NCBI GenBank assembly: GCA_951406725.2
Contig: OX597833.1
Span: forward strand, 18,786,001 to 18,850,000
Length of the DNA stretch: 64,000 bases
Source: Octopus vulgaris
Taxonomy: Eukaryota
Direction: 5' to 3'
The notes beneath the pieces were generated by a model. That model saw nothing but the letters and a program-made list of their open reading frames with translations, searched no databases and was not told where the DNA came from. The translations under genes were made by a program, and so were the position numbers. Of this stretch, positions 53,831 through 64,000 are shown one piece after another (the stretch's first letter is position 1; each line of letters starts with the position of its first letter).

Positions 53831-55914
53831 CCTCTCTCTCTGCACCTATATATTAGGCACAAAAGTGTCTGTAGCAGACTGTGGCTCTTTTACAGTATAT
53901 CCATGTTAAGTATCACATACTGATTGCTATTTGGAACTAAAATTGCTTCTCTTGTTAATAATAGATTTTTGCTCAACCTGCCAGATATTTGTGGAACCAG
54001 TGATTTGTTAATCACTGTTTTTCTATATCAGTAAACACAAAATTTGTCCAGTAATGCAGTTGGTAGTGGATAATTGCCATTAATGAGGCACAAATGTGCA
54101 GAAATCCTGGGATCTAGCAATTCCACTGCCACTGCTGACCACTTTCCATCTGCTACTGACACTTCTGTATCATTGCTTTTTATTACTACTTATTTACATG
54201 AGATCTTTTCACAAAATGAATGATGCAATATTCTGGCTTTCTTACAACATATCCATGTTAAATAAGCTGTATACATTGATGTCCAAAAGTAATATTGCTT
54301 CTGTTGCATATAACGAATTTATATATATGTATCATGGTTTGCTTGAAGCATTGCAGTACAGAAGTTGAATAATAAATGGAAAGTGAATGAGAAAAGCTTT
54401 TAACAATGTTGACACATATATCATCATCAACATCATCATCGTTTAGCGTCTGCTTTCCATGCTAGCATGGGTTGGATGATTTGACTGAGGACTGGAAAAC
54501 CAGATGGCTGCACCGGGCTCCAATCTGATCTGGCAGAGTTTCTACAGCTGGATGCCCTTCCTAACGTCAACCGCTCCAAGAGTGTAGTGGATGCTTTTAC
54601 GTGCCACCGGCATGAGTTAGGCAGTACTGGCAACGGCGACACTCAAATGGTGTTTTTTATGTGCCACCTGCACAGGAGTCAGTCCAGTGGCACTGGCAAC
54701 GACCTCACTCGAATGTTTTGTTCACGTGCCAGTAAGGCGACGCTGGTAACAATCACGCTCAAATGGTGCTTTTTACATGCCACCTGCACGGAAGCCGGAC
54801 AGCTGCTCTGGCAGTGTTCCTGCTCAGATATATTTATAATAACAATAATGAAATTATTGTATACAGTGCTCAGGTACAACTCACCGGAAAAAGTAGCCAG
54901 AGGGGCAAGAACAGTACATAGAATAATTGACAGGAAATAAATTGTGAATGAGCTGCTAAAGGCTGGGGATATCTGGTGTACTGTTGGTAAATTTCAGGAA
55001 GCACGGAAGTTTTGAAGAATGCAATGTCCCGACAGCCAACTGCTGACGTGGGTAGTTTACTCCATGCTTCAGCAATTCTGAGCATAAAAATATTTCCAAA
55101 GGTCATGGGTGTTGTGTTGTTTTTTTTTTAAATTTTATTTTGTAAGCATGTCTACAAGTGTTAGACATATGAAATTCAAACATATGCCCAAGGTTGTCGT
55201 CAAAAAGATGGTGGATAATCTTGTGGGTGTCTGGCAAGTCAGTTGGCAGACATCAGAGTTTTAATGTGTCCATGCCCAGGCAAGTAAGATGAAAATTCAT
55301 GAATCAAAGTTCAAGACAACCAGAAATCCAAAGAGGACTCTATACCAGTTTAACCCTTTTGTTACTGTATTTATTTTGAGATGCTCTGTGTTTCTTTCAA
55401 TTACTTTCATAAACAAACCAACACTGGTTGTCAAGTGGTGGGGGACAAACACAGACACAAGATTACACACACACACACATGTATATGTCATGCAGGTTTC
55501 TTTCAGTTTCCATCTTTGGTCGACCTGAAGCTAATGTAGAAAGCATTTGCCCAAGGTGCCATGTGGTGGGGAACCGAACTTCTTACCACACAGCCATGTT
55601 TGTATCTATCCCTACGTTTAACCCTTTCGTTATTGTATTTATTTTGAGATGTTCTGTGTTTCTTTCAATTACTTTAAATATAAGAAAGAATTTGGTAAAA
55701 TAACTAAGTTATCATTCAGTTAATGTTAGGAACATAAATTGTGATTAAGGTTTGGTGGAAGATTTTAATTCAAAACTTATGAAAACAAAACACTTGTACT
55801 CAGAGCCAGACCGGTTTCAGCCGGGTTGGTAATCAAAGGGTTAAAGATAAGTGTAGAATAAAGAAACTCTGTGCTAATTCAATCGCTCATCTCTTCTATT
55901 TTCTTTCTTTTCAG

Positions 55915-56230
55915 CCAACAGGCCGTTATTTTTCTCTTCCTACAATCATCTCCAATTAATACCAGGGCCCAAATATGGAAGACAAAATAATATTAACTTA
56001 ACAAATCAGTTGGTATCATCTGCATATTGTCGAAATTTCCGAACAAATTCCTTTCACAAGACCAGCAGGGTTCAGCGTAATGGAGACGATATCGACAAGG
56101 AAACTCCAAAGGGTTTATCCATTTTTCAACGATTCAAACAAGCCTATAAGCAGCATGGCAAGGTTCTCATTGGGGTTCATCTAGCCACGTCTGCTGTCTG
56201 GCTTGGTTCCTTCTATTATCTCACTATAAC
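55915..56230 (+). CDS. FAM210A: FAM210A coding exon 2
   Basis: Strong acceptor ttttctttcttttcag|. Open frame NRPLFFSS...GLSIFQRFKQAYKQHGKVLIGVHLATSAVWLGSFYYLTI matches FAM210A SLYQRFKKTFRQYGKVLIPVHLITSGVWFGTFYY. Donor AC|GTAAGT. Confidence 0.95.
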
Positions 56231-56486
56231 GTAAGTTGTTCATCTTTTTATTTTTTAAAATTTTACTCTTTTAATTATTTTGCCTATCTCAATCATTTTT
56301 TAGAAATGGCAGCTAAATCTTCCTCAAATCACACCCTTATTGTTTGAAAAGAAGGAAGACCACTGTGGGCAATACAATCCCTGATATGAAAAAAGGACTT
56401 TCTCAGCATTACTAGAATACCTTTGATTATAGGTATACTAGATAAGACCTAACTTCTGCTACACAACAATTACCGAGTTCACTTAA

Positions 56487-56898
56487 TCTCTATCTCTATC
56501 TCTATATATATAAACGGCATTTTGTCTGTCTGTGTGGCTGTCAGGTTGTACCCTCACCCTGACCACGGCTTTCAACCGATTCTGATGAAACTTGACACAC
56601 ACATAGCCCAATGTCATAATTCAAAACTAACGCAGCGAAAATTTTGAAAAGTTCCCCCAGTTCTGAAAAACATCAATAAATTTGACATGGGGTCGAGAAT
56701 CTAAGCTTTTTATATGCAACACATTTTCTGTCGGGAGACAGCTAGGAACATCGTATACATAGAAGTATTCGAGTGAAGAGAAGACATTGCAACCTACACA
56801 TGCGCCTTTGTTCCCTAGAGGGAAAGAACTAGATTGGGATTAGTCATTGCCTACTAGGGGCTCTTACATACCCGGGCAACGCCGGGCTATGCTGCTAG
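56487..56898 (+). mobile_element. Non-autonomous Helitron
   Basis: A|TC 5' end, subterminal hairpin CCCGGGCAACGCCGGG and 3' CTAG|T. A similar 3' end occurs on the minus strand at 8687. Confidence 0.8.
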
Positions 56899-57875
56899 TA
56901 TTTTATAAATAGCGACCTTGAAAGGATGAAAGGCAAAGTCGACCTCGGCGGAATTTGAACTCAAAACGTAACGGCAGACGAAATACGGCTACGCATTTCG
57001 CCCAGCGTGCTGACGTTTCTGCCAGCTCGCCACTTTATCTGTTTTGGCTTTCTACAGTTGGATGCCCTTCCTAACGCCAACCACTTTACAGAGTGTACTG
57101 AGTGCTTTTTATTTGGTGCCAGCCTGTTTAAGCATGGAAAGATGAATGTTAAAACAATATAATAATGAAATTATTGTATACAGTGCTCAGGTGCACCACA
57201 ACTTGTCAAAAGTGCCTATAAAGCATATACAGTAATGTACAAATGTCTGGAAAGTGAACAGTGTATGAGTCAGATACCTGCTTGTGTGTGTATGGAGGGG
57301 AGAAAATCAGGTGTGCAATGGTAATGATATCTACTTCAGAATATTGGAATTATATGTATGTGTTTTAGTGTACACTGATATCATCATCATCATCGTTTAA
57401 CGTCCGTTTTCCATGCTAGCACGGGTTGGACGGTTCGACCGGGGTCTGGGAAGCCAGGAGGCTGCACCAGGCTCCAGTCTGATCTTGCAGTGTTTCTACA
57501 GCTGGATGCCCTTCCTAACGCCAACCACGCCGCGAGTGTAGTGGGTGCTTTTTATGTGCCAGGGGAGTCTGGCAGCGGCCACGATCGGTTGGTGCCTTTA
57601 ATGTGCCACTGGCACGGAAGCCAGTCAAGGCGACGCTGGCATCGGCCACGTTCGGATGGTGCTCTTTATGTGCCACCGGCACAGGTATCACAACTACTAT
57701 TTCCATTGATATTTATTTCGATGTTCATGTACTTGACTCAATAGGTCTGTTTTATGAATATAATATTTTCTGTTCTCTAGCATTTTGTTTGCAAAACAAC
57801 TGATAGATAAATACCTTCCTCTCAAAACATGGAAAGAGTTTGTTTAATTTTATTCATTTTGTTTGTTTGTTCCAG

Positions 57876-58221
57876 TGGTTTTGACATAATTCCTGTCCTT
57901 GAAAGACTAAATGTAAGTGAGACGATCATAAACCAGTTTAAAAAATCCGGCATTGGAAATATAGCTGTTGCATATTTAATGTACAAACTTGCCACTCCTG
58001 CCCGATACGCAGTGACTTTAGCAGGAACAAACCTGGCCATCCGATATTTCAAGAAAACTGGACGCATGAAACCAGTGCCGGATGAGGCAAAATTCAAAGC
58101 ACTTTATTCTGACAGTAAGATATATTTAAATGCTCGCAGAAAACAACTAAAGAAGAGTAGGTTGCTAAAAATGAAGAAAAGATTTCTGAAGCTCAAAAAG
58201 TTGAGAAAAAAACGATTTTAG
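57876..58221 (+). CDS. FAM210A: FAM210A coding exon 3 (terminal)
   Basis: Acceptor tgttccag|. GFDIIPVLERLNVSETIINQFKKSGIGNIAVAYLMYKLATPARYAVTLAGT carries the DUF1279 AYxxxKxATPARYxVTLxGT motif. Stop TAG at 58219-58221. Confidence 0.96.
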
Positions 58222-58526
58222 CAATTTCATAAAAAGAAGAAAAAAAAATTTTTTTCTTTTTTTTTTTTCCAAGTTATTTCATTAGTTGACTAAAATTAAT
58301 TAACTGTGGTAAATTTGAGATTACCATAGTTTTTTGTTTTATTTGCTGTGATCTATAAGAACAAATTTTTAAAAAACAATAGCAAAACAAGACAAACAAT
58401 AATTCCGTTATAGGATTTTTTGGTCTGTGATTCCATGAGGAACAATGCTATGCATTTGTAGAATACTGACAGAAAGAACTTGCAATACATAGTTTTTTTT
58501 TTGTTTTTTTGTTTTTTTTAGTTACA

Positions 58527-58552
58527 AATAAATACTATTTTCCATTAATAAA
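58527..58552 (+). terminator. Candidate polyadenylation signals of FAM210A
   Basis: AATAAA at 58527 and 58547, followed by U/GU-rich sequence, about 310-330 nt after the stop. Confidence 0.5.
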
Positions 58553-61403
58553 ACGCTTTTGTTCAGTTTTTTTTATTGGTCTGCTCTGTAGGATAAAATA
58601 TTAGTTATTAGCCAGATAACGTTATGAAGAGTTTTCATGGTTACAGTTTTTAATGATAACATTGGTTTGAAATTGTTTGGCGCTAATGAAATGATGGCTG
58701 ATTGCTGCATTCCTATAAAAAGTGTTTACAAGGTCATCATATTTCTTTGAAAATTGTTTACTATTAATTGGCATCATACAAATGGAGGCTTCAAACTAAC
58801 ATAATGGAATTCGTGATTGTTCAGAAAATTAGTGTACTTAACAGTAAACAAGACAGTTCTACTGGGGTCTGTGAACGGATGGTGCTTTTTACGTGCCACC
58901 GGCACGAGGCCAGTCGGGGCGGCGCTGGTAACGGTCGCGAAACGGAAGGTTCTCTTACATGCCACCGGCACTGGTAACACATCTGCAATTTCCATTGATC
59001 GATGTATAAAAAGAAAATTGCTCTGCTTCTAATGCAGCCATATTACAGGTGGGGGATTAAGTGTTTTAGGGAGTGGATAAGCAAAGGTCTGCTGGGAACA
59101 GTGATTATTACTAATAGCAAAATATTGAAAACAAGCCGAAATATCACTGTCTGTAAACACTAACTTACACTATTCTTTTATTTGTTTCAGTCGTTAGACT
59201 GTGGCCATGCTGAAACACCACCTTCAGAGGTTTTATTCAAACAAATCAACTCCAGGACTTATTTTTTAAGCCTAGTACTTATCCTATGGGTCTCTTTTGC
59301 TGAACTGCTAAGTTATGGGGGTGTAAACACACCAACTCCAGTTGTCAAGTAGTGATGCAGGATACAAACACAGACACATACATACATATATATATATATA
59401 TTTATGCTGGCATCCGTGTCGGTGACACATAAAGAGCACCAACCGATAGTGGCCGTTTTCCAGCCTCCTCTGGCCCCTGTGCCGGTGGCACATAAAAAGC
59501 ACCCACTACACTCATGGAGTGGTTGGCGTTAGGAAGGGCATCCAGCTGTAGAAACACTGCCAGATCAGACAGCCTGGCGCAGCCTGGCGCAGCCTCCTGG
59601 CTTCCCAGACTCCAGTTGAACCGTCCAACCCATGCTAGCATGGAAAACAGATGTTAAACGAAGATGATGATGATGATGATGATATATATATACGTAACAG
59701 GCTTCTTTCAGTTTCCATCTACCAAATCCAATCATAAGGTTTTGATCTGCCTGAGGCTACAGCAGGAGACGCTTGCTCAAGGTGCTATGCAGTGGAACTG
59801 AACACAGAACCATGTGGTTGGGAAGCAAGCCTGCACCTATTATGTCAGTAATTGTATGGAGAGATCACAGCATACATAACCCACATCTGATATGTCTTTC
59901 ATTATTTAATAACTGTGTCACCTTTAAGGGACATTTTTCAATCGTCTAAATTGGTGATTCTCAACCAAGGTACATATGGCCCTTGAGGAACCATGTAAGA
60001 TTTTGTTGTTAAAGTTTATCTGCTATAAATTCGTTACCCTCCTACAATACACAGCATAATCGTTACCATCATCGCCTTACTGGCACATGAAAAAACATTC
60101 AAGTGAGGTCATTGCCAGTGCCGCTGGACTGGCTCCTGTGCAGGTGGCACATAAAAAACACCATTTGAATGTGGCCGTAGTCAATACCGCCTGACTGGCC
60201 CTTGTGCCAGTGGCATGTAAAAGCACCCACTACACTCTCAGTGTAGTTGGCGTTAGGAAGGGCATCTAGTTGTAGAAACTGTGCCAGATCAGATTAGAGC
60301 CTGGTGCAGCCATCTGGTTCCCCAGTCCTCAGTCAAATCGTCCAACCCATGCTAGCATGGAAAGCGGACGTTAAACGATGATGATTATGATGATGAATTT
60401 CTAATACAATTCTTCATATTTAATTATAAAAATATAACAGGAATTTTTTAAAAAATTAATTGGCTATGAGGGCCCACCTAAGGAAAACAGAAATCAAGGG
60501 GATCCATAGGTAAAAAATGGTTGGAAACCACTGATCTAAATGGAAATTCTAGAAATATAAAAGAAATATTAAACTTTCACCTGCCTATCTGTTGTTTGCA
60601 ATGAGTGGATGACAACAAAAAAATAGCAGTTGTGCATCACCCTGGTGGCTCTCTTTTACTTGTTTCAGTCATTGACTGTGGCCATGCTGGAGCACCACCT
60701 TTAGTCAAGCAAATCGACCCCAGGACTTATTCTTTTTAAGCCTAGTACTTATTCTATCGGTCTCTTTTGCCAAACTGCTAAGTTACGAGGACGTAAACAC
60801 ACCAGCATCAGTTGTCAAGCGATGTTCAGAGGACAAACATAGACACACATACACATATATATATACATATATGCAACAGTCTTCTTTCAGTATCTGTCTA
60901 CCAAATCCACTCACAAGGCTTTGGTCAGCCCATGGCTATAGTAGAAGACACTTGCCCAAGGTGCCACGCAATGGTACTGAACCCAGAACCATGTGGTTCA
61001 TAAGCAAGCTACTTACCACACAGCCACTCCTACGCCTATCATAGTAAAGCAAAACATCATAGCCAAAAATGCAAGTCCTCCATCCTGTGTGGTAGTTCTT
61101 GGCTAAAATATAAACAACTATAAAGCTGATCTGAAAGAAGATAAAATTGAAATATGAGACTCAGAAAACATGATTTATTTATGATAGATTTATGGTTTCA
61201 TACTTTATTTGAGTATATTGTCACAGCCTTGTATTTATTGTGTTGAGTCAAAAGTTTTGCAATATTTTGGTAACTTCTTTGCTTTATTCAGCCAGTTACA
61301 ACAAAAGCAGCTTAGCATATATTGTAGAGGCCATTGTGTTGCATTGTCTGTAGTCACCGTTCTGCCAGTTCTACAATCCCATACTGAAATCAGTTCTTGT
61401 CCT

Positions 61404-61919
61404 TTAACTCCTTGACACCAGTATTACCCAAAGCATGTGAGGCACTGCTCTGGGTTTTTTTATCTAATGAGGACACACAAACACACAAGTGTCTATTTAT
61501 GTTCACCATTACAACAACATAGTGTCGTACATTTACACCTGCCGGTTTATGAAAACAAACTATGTGAAGCTATTTATCATAATATGATATGCATGAGTTA
61601 TTCTGCTCAAGTTCAGAAAATAGCTTGCATGTGGTACAACTCAAAACACGGTATTATGCATGTAAAGTATCCGCATATCATTGGTGTACTGCTAGTCTCA
61701 TGACTTGAACGTAACCTAAAATAGCTAAGATAATGCATGAGACATTGAGCGCGTGCACCTCAAGAGATAAAGTACATGATAGTGAATGTAAACATACGTC
61801 AGCCACTAAAAAGTCCATGATAGATGTGGGGCAGCTCTACATTGTATATTTACGTTAAGCGCAGGTAGGCAAGCAAAAGTGTGATCGCATATTTGCATCA
61901 ACCATTGTCAAGGGGTTAA
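61404..61919. mobile_element. piggyBac-like non-autonomous element
   Basis: TTAA-CTCCTTGACA ... TGTCAAGGGG-TTAA. Similar TTAA-CCCC ends bound 5621-5836. Confidence 0.6.
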
Positions 61920-62844
61920 GGTGAAGTTCTCCTTCAGTGAACCATTCACCTCCTGGTTGATGAAGCATCACAAGTGTAGGAAATGAGCCAAGGGTTGGAA
62001 GAAGTAATAATCCAAGGAGGCTAGGCCCAGACTATATGTTGGGTGTGGTATCAGTTCGATTCCCTCAACTCCCTGAAGTTTATTCCAGGTTGTTTGAACA
62101 ATGAGATCTTGCCGCAGAAAAGCTTGATGTCTGTTAATCAATGCTGGGTATTTTTGATGCACAATGGCATACATCTGCTCCAGCTATTCAGTATACAAGT
62201 TGGCATTGATGCTTTGACTGTCCAGAAAGCATTTGTAGTGAATTATCCCCTCATAATTCCCCCAGGCACAGCATCGCCTTCTATTTAAAATGCTTGTGTT
62301 TGGCAACAGGCCCTGGAAGTTGACTCTTGCTTAATCACTGGTTTTGCATGTTAGAATTGTGGAAAAATATCTCACTTGGATAATAACTTGTTCTGATCTA
62401 TGGCTCTCATTCTGCACTTATGACACTTCATCAACCGAGAAATAGAAACGTTAGTGAAGGATTCTTCATCTTGAAGGACAAAAGCTAGTATCAGCATGAT
62501 ACTAGAAGTGTTGTGAGTGTAAGAAGTGAGCTATGGATCAGTCATCATCATTATTTAATGTCCGCTTTCCATGCTAGCATGGGTTGGACGATTTTGACTG
62601 AGGGCTGATGAACCAGATGGAGGCACCAGGCTCCAATCTGATCTGGCAGAGTTTCTACAGCTGGATGACCTTCCTAACGCCAACCGCTCTAAGAGTGTAG
62701 TGGATGCTTTTATGTGCCACCGGTACAAAGGCCAGTCAGGCGGTACTGGCAACGGCCATGCTCAAATGGTGTTTTTTATGTGCAGTACAAGTAGTAAGTG
62801 GTTCAGCAACTGCTTTAATCCCCAGTGTTGTAGGAGATGTATCA

Positions 62845-63400
62845 GAAAACTTCATCCTGATTGAAAACCATGCTGGATGTTACTCAGCAAGTCACTTTCT
62901 TTAAGGAACACGATTAGTTTCCTTCTGACAATTTGTTCCATGACATAACTAATCTGTGAGGTCAGAGGGATAAGCCTATAATTTTTAGCGTCTGCACTGC
63001 TTCCGCCTTTATGAAGGGGGCATATTATATTTTCCTTTAACTTGCCACTTGCAAGATAGCTTCGGAAAGAGACTACAATAGTTTTACTGGGTTTTCAGAA
63101 GGATTGCTGGGAAGCCATTAGGACCAGTAACTGAGCTGAGGCTTATTTCATCTTTGGCCAGTATTACATCATTATCTTTTATGCTGATATAATTAATAAA
63201 CGACTGCCTCGCTATGTGCAGATGTAGTGGCAAAGTATTCACCTGGTTTGTCCATTTTCATGTGCAAATGGACAAGCATTTCAAAGAACATCTGCAACTA
63301 AGGCCATTTCTGTAGCAAATTTGAAGAATGCTTTAGGGTTTGTTTTTAAATTTTCAATGATCAGATTTTTGGTTTCAAACTAAATTTTCCTGAAGCAGGA
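62845..63400 (-). mobile_element. LINE reverse transcriptase fragment (CR1/Jockey-like)
   Basis: Minus strand ICPLHKGGSSADAKNYRLIPLTSQISYVMEQIVRRKL...LLSNIQHGF matches the PxxK/NYRPISL/QxGF RT motifs. Confidence 0.8.
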
Positions 63401-63676
63401 TATAACAGGCATTTCATGGACTGGCAGGAGGTCAAAAGCCTTTTGAGATCATATAAGATAAACAAGAATTACTGGGAGAAGTGTGCAGATGACTGAACAT
63501 GACATCACTTCAAGATAGGTTTATGACATTTTGAAGAACATCATCAAAGAAATGAAAAGGATACAACAAAAAACCCATCAATTCCAAACAAGGCCTTCAC
63601 TGACCATCGATGGCACTGACATAAATCAGGAACAATGAAAGAAACAACGGAAACTAAGAAGAAGGAGACGAGTATA

Positions 63677-64000
63677 CAGGGTGCATAAGATATTTGTGGA
63701 CATTTTTTGGGGTCATTGCTGCATTTTTTGCTCACTCTGTATAATCTTTGTTTCAGAAAATAATAATGGCAGACCCTCAGCTTACTCAAGAAATGAAGAG
63801 GCATGCTGTAACTGTGGTTATAGAGGCTGAGCATAGCGATTTAGAACTATTTAAAAAAAAATTTGCCAGATCTTTCGTCTACAAAGTTTGTAAGGAGCTA
63901 CAGACCGAAAATGGAAATGTACCACCAGTATCAAAGCATAAAAAGCATTCTAAACGCTCTGAAATCATCAGAACACCTGAATTTATCCAGCAAGTTCAAC
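63677..64000 (+). mobile_element. 5' part of a second copy of the same maT-like transposon (runs off the window)
   Basis: TA|CAGGGTGCATAAGATATTTG start. Near-identical to 22447-22760 (CTCAAGAAATGAAGAGGCATGCT...GAAATCATCAGAACACCTGAA). Confidence 0.88.

Overview
AT-rich, repeat-dense eukaryotic genomic DNA. The tRNA/CORE SINE families and TA/CA microsatellites suggest an octopus (coleoid cephalopod), which is an inference. Two spliced genes can be rebuilt with consistent GT-AG sites and phases. RNMT (mRNA cap guanine-N7 methyltransferase) is on the minus strand, with ATG at 27850 and six coding exons visible; it continues off the left edge. FAM210A (DUF1279 mitochondrial protein) is on the plus strand, with three coding exons at 42522-58221 encoding about 279 aa. 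The two genes are divergent neighbours, as in human. Nearly all other ORFs in the track are repeat-derived. The rest of the window is SINEs, LINE fragments (CR1-like, R4/Dong, L1/Tx1, RTE), mariner/maT remnants, hAT- and piggyBac-like MITEs, a Helitron, an 810-bp foldback element and microsatellites. The most notable unexplained signal is a set of hammerhead-ribozyme elements. Two diverged ~330-360 bp retrozyme-like copies (9.5 kb and 13 kb) share architecture but little stem sequence. A tRNA-headed element at 50.8 kb ends in a Penelope-type hammerhead.
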